Shown here: in pieces, positions 13,851-26,731 of the stretch
Numbering within the stretch: the stretch's first letter is position 1
Layout: every line of letters begins with the position of its first letter
Assembly (NCBI RefSeq): GCF_006345805.1
Contig: NC_042998.1
Location: forward strand, 66,402,001-66,466,000
Direction of reading: 5' to 3'
Length of the DNA stretch: 64,000 bases
Origin: Octopus sinensis
Taxonomy: Eukaryota
Notes under the pieces: model-generated
The model's input: only the letters and a program-made list of their open reading frames with translations
What the model was told of the DNA's origin: nothing
The model's database searches: none
Translations under genes and position numbers: made by a program

Positions 13851-14698
13851 GACGATGGCAGCAGCAGTGGCAGTGTTGATGATGATGATGGCGATGATGA
13901 TGATAGATTACTAAATACAACGTTACAAGTCATGTATTCGCTTTGGATATTAGGTTTACTGAAATGCTCTGAGGACGCCTAACATGCAAACCATATCAAA
14001 ACAATGCTATAATTTTCGCGAAATTGTGTGAGGGAGACCACATAATTAGAATGAACACAAGCATACAAGTACATGGAAATTAATGAACTAGACACAGTGA
14101 TATTGTCACAGATGAAAGGAAACATTATGAAGGAACATGACGCAGACATTGTATATTATAGTACTACTTAAAACAGATCAGTTAACATGGAAAATGTTAT
14201 TAGGTATTAGTACTCAAGTTGTCTCAGTAATATGTAATAATATAAACTAACCTGAACGCTTGGTGAATTATTACAACTAAATAGAAAAGTGAGAAGATAA
14301 TGGCTGCACTTTGAATATATTACCGAAAGTGCGCCGCACGCAATTATGTTTGTCATAAATGTAGTGAGGTAGAGGATGGTTGACGAGAAAGTTATACATG
14401 AATATTTACTGCATGACCCCAAAATATATCAAGTAATCGGTGAGAGGAAATGGCATTTTTGTATGAAAATATAAAAATAGATCTAGAAGAACAAAGAAGA
14501 TAGGGAAATATAAACCCGCAGTGGCTATACAACATAATTATATACTTAATTGAAGATCGATCAATAAAGCATAGCGACTGTTCCCTCGAGAATTCTCTGT
14601 CTAGCGCTAAACTAAAATTGATCATTGAAACGCATTTTCCAAAGTATTTTGAACATGCACATCACCTCTCGTATAGTTATGCATCGTGTAGGATTATA

Positions 14699-15225
14699 CA
14701 GGGTGACTCAAAAATAATATATTTCTAAATCTCTCAGAGAGATTTATGCAGTAGCAGTACGATAAAGTGATAGTATGCTGTCAACTTAATGTGACAGTCC
14801 CATGAAAGGGAAGACTGTTACTGTTATTTAGCCCTAGGATTAGGCATTATTTCTATTTTCAAAAATCAGTGAATGTATTTCACTTGAAATATATGTTTTC
14901 AAAGGCAGATAGGCATCGATAGCTAGTAAGCCATGCTACTCCAGCCTCATCATGAGCAATGATTCTGAAACTAGTCTATGAATGCTGGTTTTGCTGGGTA
15001 GAAGTGCTCATCTTCACTTTGAGAACCTAAGGACACAGGAAATGTGTCAAGTCCAACAGAAAATGGTGTTTTCTAAGGTTAAATAACAGTAGCATTCTTC
15101 CCTTTCATGGGACTGTCACATTAAGTGGACAACATATTATCACTTCATAAAAGTGCTATCGGTGCAAACACCTGAATTTGTCAGACTCATATGTCATTGG
15201 GCTTCTTGAATTTTCGATGACCCTG
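14699..15225. mobile_element. Non-autonomous Tc1/mariner-type MITE
   Basis: TA-CAGGGTgactcaaaa ... ttttcgatgACCCTG-TA termini; subterminal ~55-bp inverted repeats (tgtcaacttaatgtgacagtcccatgaaagggaag / cttccctttcatgggactgtcacattaagtggaca). Confidence 0.8.
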
Positions 15226-15273
15226 TATTGTCCAACTTAAGTTTGTTTTGTGTGTCAGGTTTTTTTCTTGCAG

Positions 15274-15290
15274 AGGGTGGGTTCGCGAAG
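15274..15290 (+). CDS. Candidate 17-nt microexon encoding (x)GGFAK, a kinase Gly-rich loop-like peptide
   Basis: ttttttcttgcag|AG GGT GGG TTC GCG AAG|gtaggt: canonical acceptor and donor; no partner exons found. Confidence 0.3.
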
Positions 15291-16189
15291 GTAGGTATTA
15301 TAAGAAGAAATGTTTGACGTCCTTATTTGTCTGATGAGCGAGAGTGTACGCCCATGATTTTGTGTCGTATCATTCATCGTAAAATGCCGAGTTAGTTTTA
15401 ATTGATAATTAGCATAGGGAAGCACAAAATCATATCACCACTATCATAGCAGAATGTGGGGAAAATACGAAAATAGAAGATAAAGAGCAATCATTCAGGC
15501 TACTGTGAAACACAAAAAACCTTAATGCGGTTTCAAAAGCCCATAGTTTCATTTTAATGAAATAATGAATAAACTTACTAATGAGTCATCTGAAAAGTTT
15601 GGACCTTTACTGGAGGTATGAATGAAAGCCACTTCATAACGATGAAGGTGCATTTACTATCGAAAGTTGGTTAAAAATGCATACAATAAGAATTACAAAA
15701 TCTGAATTTGTGGCGTTCTCTTAAAATGACATCAACTATTTCAAATTTCAATGAAATGGTATACTTACGTAAATTATTAAGGGGGAAATAAATTATTATA
15801 AGTTAGTGATATTTTTAAAGTATTTCAATTTTTTATTCAAATAAGGAAGTCGTCAAGCGTTTGTTATTTTAATATACAACACGGCCTTAAACAGTACAAA
15901 ACAAAGTGCGGTTAATGTACAAAATAATGACCACTTGCTAATTCATGTATTTAGAAGTCTCTCCAATATGTCTGCTATTTAATCTGAGAAGCAATCAATA
16001 ATCATCTAACGCAGTACTTGATTAGACTTCATGTCTCACTATGAATCTGTCTCTGCCTATGTCTCTCTCTCCCCCTCTCTCTATTTTAAAATTGATGTAA
16101 TAATTACATTGTTTAATTAAATGAAGTAACATGAAACGATTGTACTACACTACCTTTGGATATCCTTGTTGCTTATTTTGATTATAATC

Positions 16190-16280
16190 ACCCCATTTGA
16201 TTTATATGGATAATAACATATCAAATTCTGGTGCCTTTAACTTAAGTACCATATTCATCTGAATCTAAATTTTTGTTGAA

Positions 16281-16290
<10 letters not shown>
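16190..16290 (-). repeat. ~100-bp unclassified dispersed repeat abutting (TA)n (copy 1 of 3)
   Basis: ttctggtgcctttaacttaagtaccatattcatctgaatctaaatttttgttgaa is the reverse complement of 50395-50495 and 61380-61500. Confidence 0.7.
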
Positions 16291-16330
<40 letters not shown>

Positions 16331-16556
16331 CCTGTTAAAATGAGATGTTAGTTTATTCACCACACCTTATATATATATATAAGAGAATGAGAATTATGAA
16401 CTAGTTTGTATGGTTTGTGTGTATGTAAGAGAAGTACATTATTTGTTTGTGTGAAAGCGTTTTATTACATGCAAGAGTTACAAACACCAACAAACAGATA
16501 CATAATTCATACAAACACATACCACATATATCTATCTCTGCATATATGCATGTACT

Positions 16557-16609
<53 letters not shown>

Positions 16610-16884
16610 GTGTTTGTATGCATGTATGCTTGAATGAATAATTGTATGTACGCATTTATACATTTACTCACTCACACGGAGACAGAAATATAGTATCGGC
16701 TGACATCACAGTGATGTTAGTATTTCACTAGGTCTACATCGTACTACATCATAAGTACGGTCTCTATAACACATTTGTCTATACAACATGTGTAAGCTTA
16801 TTCAAACAAATGCTCAAACAAGTACATGATAGTTTAAACGCTGAGGTGCCTTCCTAATAAAAACACATATTTTTAAAGTAAAAT

Positions 16885-17272
16885 GGCGCAGGAGTGGCTG
16901 TGTGGTAAGTAACTTGCTTACCAACCACATGGTTCCGGGTTCAGTCCCACTATGTGGCAACTTGGGCAAGTGTCTTCTACTATAGCCTCGGATCGATCAT
17001 AGCCTCGTGAGTGGATTTGGCAGACGGAAACTCTAAGAAGCCCGTCGTATATTTGTATATGTGTGTTTGTGTGCCTGTTTTGTCCCCTTTAACATCACTT
17101 GACAACCGATGCTGGAGATTTTACGTCCCGGCAACTTAGCGGTTCAGCAAAAGAGACTGATAGCATAAGTACTAGGCTTACAAAAAATAAGTCCTGCAGT
17201 CGATTTGCTCAACCAAAGGCGGTGCTCCATTATGGTCGCATTCAAATGATTGAAGCAAGTAAAAGAGTAAAA
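16885..17272 (+). mobile_element. SINE family A, full length
   Basis: ggcgcaggagtggctgtgtggtaag (A box) ... ggttccgggttcagtccc (B box) ... tail gaagcaagtaaaagagtaaaaagag. Confidence 0.9.
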
Positions 17273-17544
17273 AGAGAGAGAGAGAGAGAGAGAGCAGAGA
17301 GTATGGCGCAACAAGAACTCTGCATGAATGAATGCTATGAGAAGAATTATATAGAAATATTAATTTAGAACATAATTAAGATTTCAATACATATTTTAAA
17401 ATGATTTTACTTCCTCATAAATACAAATGTGTGTGTGTGCATATATGTGAGTGTGTGCGTGGTGATGTAAATGTACATGCACATACAAATACAGCACAGA
17501 AGATAGATATCGATAAAAAAAAGACACAAAGCAATTATCATTTA

Positions 17545-17770
17545 TCTTTTAACTGTTTCAGTCATTAGACTGGGGCCATGCTAGGGCACCTGTTTGAAGA
17601 ATTTTTAGCCGAATATATCAACCCTAGTACTTAATTCTTAAAACCTTGTGCTTATTCTATCAGCCTGTTTTGCCGAATCGCTGGATTATGGGGACGTAAA
17701 CACATCACCACCGGTTGACTGTTCTCAAATGGTGGAGGGAACAACACAGACACAAAGACAAACACACACT
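17545..17770 (-). mobile_element. SINE family A, 3' half
   Basis: ctgtttcagtcatt..ggccatgct..ttttgccgaatcgct..cacagacacaaag. Confidence 0.75.
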
Positions 17771-18479
17771 TATACATAAACACACACACACTCACATATA
17801 TCTTGATTGATTGAATGATCGATTGAAAAAGTTCGTTACAGGTATAAAATACCATAAACAATTATAAATAAGGAGAAAAGATGTCAAAAAACAATCAAAA
17901 TTAGATTTAATAAGCACATACGAACGTTTCAAAGGGCAATACAAATATGTAAGAAAATAATAACCATTATAATTAAATTTATGTAGTCTTTCTAGTCAGT
18001 GTGAAGAATTTAAGAAAATAAAAACATCCAAAAAATGTATTACTAAAAATCAAGAATGAAAAACCAATGGGGTAATAGGCAAATTTTAACCGGATATTCA
18101 CAAATAAGTTGTGAAATGGAAAAATAAGAGAAACAAAAAAGAGGGTCATGTCAATGTGCATGCAAGTCGATTTATGCGAAAAAAAATCTATAAATTAAAT
18201 TGGCTAACGGATATATTTAAAAACTAAATATTAAAAGACCGAGAAAAAACAGTATGTAAACAAAAAATCAAGCACACGTGTCTAGCATATACAGACATCA
18301 CGTTCTCTAACAGTATATATAGTTATTTTGAAAATAAAAAAAAATATACAGTAAGCGTCTAACAACATTAAAAAACTATATATATATATATATATATATA
18401 TTTAAATATAGTTTTTTAATGTTGTTAGACGTTTATTGTATATATCTATACACACACACACACACACATGTATATATAT

Positions 18480-18520
<41 letters not shown>

Positions 18521-18547
18521 GAGACAGACAGATAAATAGATAAATAA

Positions 18548-18590
<43 letters not shown>

Positions 18591-19235
18591 TATAGATAGA
18601 TAGATAGATAGATGCACACAATTGGCTTCTTTCAATTACCATCTACTGAATCCTCTCACAAAGCCTTGGTTGGCCTGGGTGCAGTAAAAGATACTTGCTG
18701 AAGGTGCTACGCAGTACAACTGAACCTGGTACCAAATGGGTGGAATGCAAGCCCGCGCTTATCGTTAATTTTACTTAAATGCTTCTTATTCGATGCCAGC
18801 GTTTACTTTGCACCATCTGTGTCCTTGTCACGCTAACGCTTCCTCGTCAGCTGGTTTGGTATGAGGACAATATCAGCAGATTTAGGCTTTAAGGAGATAT
18901 CTATAATTTTCTCCTGTATATATGGAAGACTTTCAGGTTCTAATGATCATAGTCGGTCTGTGAATTTTGGTGTTTGATTCTTATACCCAGCCACTCTATC
19001 TCCCTTTCTCCTCGATGTGGGTGACTCCTTTTGACGTTGACATGCACAACATATCAGGAAGTAATGAAGTGAACGAAGAGACCGCAAAACCGTGACGAGA
19101 GGGGGAAAAGTTGACATAAACGATATGAGTTGGAGAAGTATTGCACAGCAGCAATACTACTATTACTGCTACTACTACTAGTGCCAAAAACAATAGCAAC
19201 AAAAACGGATTCAATATGTACACACACACACACTC

Positions 19236-19274
<39 letters not shown>

Positions 19275-19291
19275 ATACACACACACACATA

Positions 19292-19337
<46 letters not shown>

Positions 19338-19369
19338 AAGAATTTTTTTCGTAATAAGATAAAAAATAC

Positions 19370-19495
19370 CAAGGCTGTGTAGATATTAGAGCATTTATAG
19401 ATTGAAGCTCTTACAGCCGTTTCTAGGATATTTATTAATAATATCCCTTCATCAGAGACGGTGTGAAAGGATAGTTAAGTCATAGTTCAGATGTG
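19370..19495 (-). mobile_element. PLE pLTR fragment with HHR family B (HHR 19408-19459)
   Basis: Reverse strand GTCT-CTGATGA-A-GGGATATT..AATATCCTA-GAA-ACGGCTGT-A-AGAG; same pLTR as 55634-56177 and 61795-61850. Confidence 0.7.
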
Positions 19496-19513
19496 ATATA
19501 TATATATATATAT

Positions 19514-19945
19514 ATATAAAATATTATTAGAGACAAAACCACTATTTTGCAAAACAAACAAGGAAAGATTTAATCAATACATAAAATTTTAATAAATAGT
19601 AAAAAAAACCGCCACTACAATTATTTCTTGTCTTGATCGACAATCTTCAGGTGGACTTCCAATAAGTCAGTTTCAAATTATGAAATTCATAATTTCAAAT
19701 TCATAATTGAAACTGACTTATTGGAAGTCCACCTGAAGATTGTCGATCAAGACAAGAAATAATTGTAGTGGCGGTTTTTTTGACTATTTATTAAAATTTT
19801 ATGTATTGATTAAGTCTTTCCTTGTTTGTTTTGCAAAATAGTGGTTTTGTCTCTAATAATATTTTATAATATTTTACTATAAAATTGGATTTAATCCTAA
19901 ATCTGATTTTTTTCCCTGTAAATTTGGATGTATTCCCTAATATTT
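19514..19945. mobile_element. Foldback element: ~355-bp palindrome (19514-19868) with two opposite-strand HHRs (family C) plus ~80-bp tail
   Basis: ~170-bp arms nearly perfect; HHRs at 19612-19654 (-) and 19729-19771 (+): CCAC-CTGAAGA-TTGTC(GATCAA)GACAA-GAA-ATAATTGT-A-GTGG. Confidence 0.9.
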
Positions 19946-19985
19946 ATTATATATATATATATATATATATGAGTGCGTTTGACTT

Positions 19986-21810
<1,825 letters not shown>

Positions 21811-23837
21811 GTGTGCGCGCGCGTGCAAGTATATATTGTCGTACATTTGCACACATTCATACTCAGATTTTTGAAAAGGGTTATAATGAAAAGTTCCATT
21901 GATATATCACAATAACACGTTTCCTCTATTACTATGATATATAATGTAACTGCCACATAGAACAGATAATATTACTCCTACAGGCAGCTCTTTTAAATAA
22001 CTCGATCGTCTATAGATATATTTCACCTATCAGTTTTTTTCTAATGGGATTCCCTTTCAAATCCATCTCATATTCTTAAAATTCATTGAAATTATGCAAT
22101 TTATACAAGATATGCTTATATGAGCTGTTTGAATCCTATGGTGCATTGCTGAATTGAATTCACGGAGTAGCATCTTCGGAGATGTTGTATAATTGAAAGG
22201 TTGTTTTAAAAAAGAAATTACTGCTGGAGACATAAGTATTGTACTTGTTTTCGTTTTAACACGGTATGTTGCCTAACTACGAATTACTTGATTTGTATTT
22301 GTCAAAATATATTAAGTAACATGGTAAGAAAATCTTCAGCTTCGATTTGGAAAAAAAAAATTAAAAAAGCTTTCCTTGATATTTAATTTAAGTTGATTAG
22401 AGAAACTTATAGAGCTATCGCATAGAATTATTTGTTGAAATTTGATGTTTAAATTAGTTGTTTTCGCTGAGTCCCATTATCAGGGCCATTGCGAGCATAG
22501 AAGATACAATTCCCGCTGATCACAATACTTATTTATCGATCGAAGACATAAGGAAAGCGCATTGTGACTCATCATTTTTACCTCTGAACGTATACAAATG
22601 TAACTAAATGTCTGCGTTTAACTAAATCTGTAGTCCACTGTCATTCGTTCTGTAAAATATTGATTTGTAGCATTAGCAAAATAATAACATAAAGGGAGGT
22701 GGGTGCGATGAACTCATGGCCATTATGACATTTAAGTGGCTTCTTAACTTTTCAACTTCTTGTTTTACGCCGAAAGTATAGAACACAAAACTGATTACGA
22801 ACTAATATATTCTGAGTGTAGACTAAGTTTGTGTATTCACACTCCGTTCAAAAGCTTGGTCTCACATTCCTAAACTTAAGCAACAACGATATGAAAGTAG
22901 CTGATATAGATGGCTTTTCTGTTCCCACAGTATTCCAGTGGAACATTTTGAGTACGACTGGAGAGGATTTCTTCAATTGTCCTGAATACCTTAGAACAAC
23001 GTGAAAGGAAATGCATTGTTCAAGACGAGCTGCCTGACTTGGAATTAAACGCACGACTGTGGAATCATGAAACAGGCAGCGTGACCAGTATACTACATCT
23101 GTTTTTGTTTTGTTTTCTGTGTGTGCATATGTGTAATATGTGTGCGTGTGCATGTGTGTGCGTATGTGCATCAGCGTATTTTCTGATTCCCCTCAATATC
23201 GCTACTACACTTCAACTTTTCCGTTTAGCTAAACTGGATGCATTTTGAAATGCATTTTGAAATTTGGAAGGTGTAACTTTTAAATTTCACCTGCAATTGA
23301 AATAATATTGATGTGCAAGTCGTGCATCCAGTTCTTCTTACCCAATAGTCACTGTTCCATTCCACCTAATAACTAATCTTGTCATACCTTATCTATGGAC
23401 TACAATTATCCTGCATTCCAATATACCATAACATGTTATACCTATATCACAAGCTCATATCTCTAATTTCACCGCTTTCTCTTCTTTCTCAGTAATATTT
23501 TTGTTTCGCTCTTTCTTTCAGTCGATTAAAGAAGATAGAAAACAGTTTTTCGATCCGTTTTCTTCATATCCTCTACCTATATGAATTAGTTTACTTTTAT
23601 TTATTACTAAATAGCATAGCAGTTCTACAATAGATGTTTGATGATAAACTTATATTTGCAGAAGACTTGTAATTCCCTGTTTTTCTGATAAATAAAATAT
23701 TTCTATATCGAACTCTAATTTGTGTATTCTAAATGACGTCATTGCTTTCATCATTTTTTCCTTGTCTTATCTTGCTAAGTAACTTAGCGTCCAGTTATAT
23801 TTATATATCGAAATACGTGTTTGTGGCTGACTTTCTT

Positions 23838-23909
<72 letters not shown>

Positions 23910-24639
23910 TCATATATATAGATAGATAGATAGATATACATATATATATATACATATATACATTTGTATGTATGTATATATATATATATACACATATATA
24001 TACACATATACATGTATGTATAAGTATGTATGTATGTATATATTGTGGTGCTGAAACACCTATACATTTGATGTCTATAATTCTAGTGTGTACATTTACC
24101 TAACACTATATTAAGTATTAATCTAATGCGTCTATAATATTACTTCACAAACTAATATTTCATTTACTTGCTGTATGTGTGTGTGTGATTGTGTGTGTGT
24201 GTATGTGCGTGTGTGTACTCTGTCTACATCACACATATTTGCAACTAAATGTTTGTTTTAATTCTCTTATCTCTTTTTATTTTATTAGTAAGTGTTTTAT
24301 TTTCTATGTTTTGTTAGCTCTTCATTAATTTGTCTCTTCTGAAACTTGCTTTGGCGTGTATTTATATACCGAATTTTCATATCATTTCCTCGAGAGAATC
24401 CGCGCACTGTCTGTGACAATATCTCACTTGTTTATCATCGGCAACACACAACTCGAGACCATCAATACACATAAGATTTTCAAGTGCACTTCCATTGCAT
24501 TTGTGTGAGAGACAAAGTAACTGTAAGCGTAGATACTTCTTTTAATAACCACATTATTTAAACCAGTATGTATTTCAACCATTCTACCGACCTAACTATC
24601 AATCTATCTAGCTATCTATATATAGATATATATTATACA

Positions 24640-25355
24640 TGAAGAAGAATAATGATGGCAGAGGTGTGGATGATTATGATGAGAGGGAGGAGGAGAGGCA
24701 GGGATGGAGGACATGGATGGTGATGAGGATGATGTTGAGTATGATATTTTATTTGCCCCAGCGATGTCAAAAGTGGACGGCATTGATGATGGGGAAGAGA
24801 GGAGAAGGAGGGGAAGGGGATGATGCGGAATATGATGACGAGGAGCAGGAGAAGGAGAAGGGGAGGCAGGTAATGAGGAAGACAATGGTGATAATGTGGG
24901 TCATGAGGACGAGGATGATGATATCTTATTTGCCATAGAGACGTCAAAAGTGGACAGCGTTGATGATGATGATGATTAGGAGGAGGAGGGCAAGCTGATG
25001 ATCAAGATGTCGTAGATGATGACATGGAGGAGGAGGAGGCAGATGATGAGGATAATGAATTCTCGTTTGCCACAGCGATGTCGAAAGTAGACGGCGTTGA
25101 TGAAGATGAAGATGATGATGATGATGATGATGAGGTGGAGAAAGAGGAGGGCAACGAAGTTGATGATGATAATGTTATCTTATATGCCACAGCAATGTCA
25201 AAAGTGGACGGCGTTGATGAAGATGATGATGATGATGATGGATGATGATGATCAGGTGGAGGAGGAGGAAGCGGAGGAAAGAGTAATGAGGATGATGAGG
25301 ATAACGTTATCTTATTTACCACAGCGATGTCAACAAAAGTGGTCGGTATTGCAAT
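24640..25355. repeat. Minisatellite: 5 conserved ~45-bp cores separated by variable (GAT/GAG)n spacers
   Basis: Core (gt)tatcttatttgccacagcgatgtcaaaagtggacggcgttgatga at ~24743, 24920, 25057, 25174, 25305. Confidence 0.9.
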
Positions 25356-25769
25356 GAGATGTTATGATGTGCGTGGGTGTTTACATAAAAACCTGTAAGA
25401 AAAACAAGGTTGGCGTGAGAAATAAGACATACCTATAAAATACAAAACATGTCAATACATGGATGGGATGATGCGGTTCTCCTGACGCCCATGAACCTCA
25501 AATGAAAGCTATTCGAAGAAATAAAACCGTTCACAACACCTCAATATCAAAGCCATTTGCACTTATCCTACTATTGTTCTCCAATCACTAGGAGACTGAT
25601 TACCGTTAAAAAAAAGTATAGTAACAATTATATTAGTATGCTAAATAACAACGACAACAATGTTTATGATAAAAAGTAATAATAAAATTTTCTTTATTAA
25701 GTAAGTGTTGGCAAACAAAATAGTGGATGGAACATTTCATAGCACTACATAATAGTCTTTTATACGATA

Positions 25770-26225
25770 GACATAAGGCCTGGAATTTTGGTGGTAGAGG
25801 GTTGTGAATTACATTGGCCGCAGTGCTCAACTGGCAATTATTTCATCGAACCCGGAAACACGAAGGGCAATGCCGACCGCGACAGAATCTGAACTCAGAA
25901 CGCAAAAGTCAGACGAAGAATTGGTAAGAATTTTGCGCAGAGTACTAATGAATCTGCCAGTTTCACAATGTTAATGCCTATTTAATAATGAATGCGTTTA
26001 CTAAAAATAAATTAGCCCCTTTTTATGATAGACAAAAGGCCTGAAATTTTTGCTCAACTGGCAAATATTTCACCGAACCCGAAAAGATGAAGGGCAATGC
26101 CGACCGCGACAGAATCTGAACTCAGAACGAAAAAGTCAGACGAAGAATTGGTAAGAATTTTCCGCGGAGTGCTAATGAATCTGCCAGTTTTACGATTTTA
26201 ATGCCTATTTAATAATGAATGCATT
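25770..26225 (-). repeat. Tandem duplication of a diverged SINE family B copy plus flank
   Basis: agggcaatgccgaccgcgacagaatctgaactcagaacg..aatgcctatttaataatgaatgc occurs twice with shared private variants. Confidence 0.8.
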
Positions 26226-26307
26226 AATATAAAATTAATATATATCTTTTGATTATGTGAATCTCTAATTAGGCTGGACAAATGAACAGGTGCAGACATA
26301 TACGTGA

Positions 26308-26480
26308 CACTCCGTCGATTACGTCGACGAAGGTCCCACTTAATTCGATCAACAGAACAGCCTGCTCGTGAAATTAACGTGCAAGTGGTTGAGCACTTTA
26401 CAGATACATGTACGCGTACCGTAGTCCTCGGGGAGATTCAGCGTGACACAGAGTGTGAGAAGGCTGAGTTTTCTGATATA
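26308..26480 (-). mobile_element. SINE family C, tail part
   Basis: aacagcctgctcgtgaaattaacgtgcaagtgg...gattcagcgtgacacagagtgtga. Confidence 0.75.
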
Positions 26481-26526
26481 TGTGTGTGTGTTTCTGTGTG
26501 TGCGTGCGTGTGAGTGTGTGTGTGTA

Positions 26527-26571
<45 letters not shown>

Positions 26572-26599
26572 ATTTATACTTAAATACATATGCATACGA

Positions 26600-26646
26600 A
26601 GGCGGCGAGCTGGCAGAAAACCTTAGCACGCCGGCGAAATACTTAG
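26600..26646 (+). mobile_element. SINE family B head truncated at the LINE 3' end
   Basis: ggcggcgagctggcagaaaaccttagcacgccggcgaaatacttag. Confidence 0.75.
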
Positions 26647-26731
26647 TGATACACTGTTATTACGACGAACCTTGTCTAATATGTGGCACTTGGTGAAGAA
26701 TGGAGTTTGATACAGCTACTCTCATTTGCAC

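Noticed and set aside
15325-15350. CTGATGA-GCG..CGC HHR-like word (similar near-misses at ~7855 and ~42570)
   Set aside because: No GAAA or no stems I and III; consistent with chance
16885-16960. tRNA gene calls at SINE heads
   Set aside because: A/B boxes continue into SINE bodies and no complete cloverleaf is present
19514-19868. Endogenised viroid or obelisk interpretation of the ambisense HHR rods
   Set aside because: Arms are exact inverted copies rather than quasi-rods, there is no ORF, and the same type of motif is linked to PLE coding sequence in this window; a PLE origin is more parsimonious
22300-22480. Possible PLE endonuclease C-terminus on the minus strand (..QLKLNIKESF..)
   Set aside because: Too short and AT-rich to separate from chance
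24640-25355. CRISPR array interpretation of the repeat-spacer pattern
   Set aside because: Eukaryotic context, no cas genes, and the spacers are long, unequal, low-complexity triplet runs
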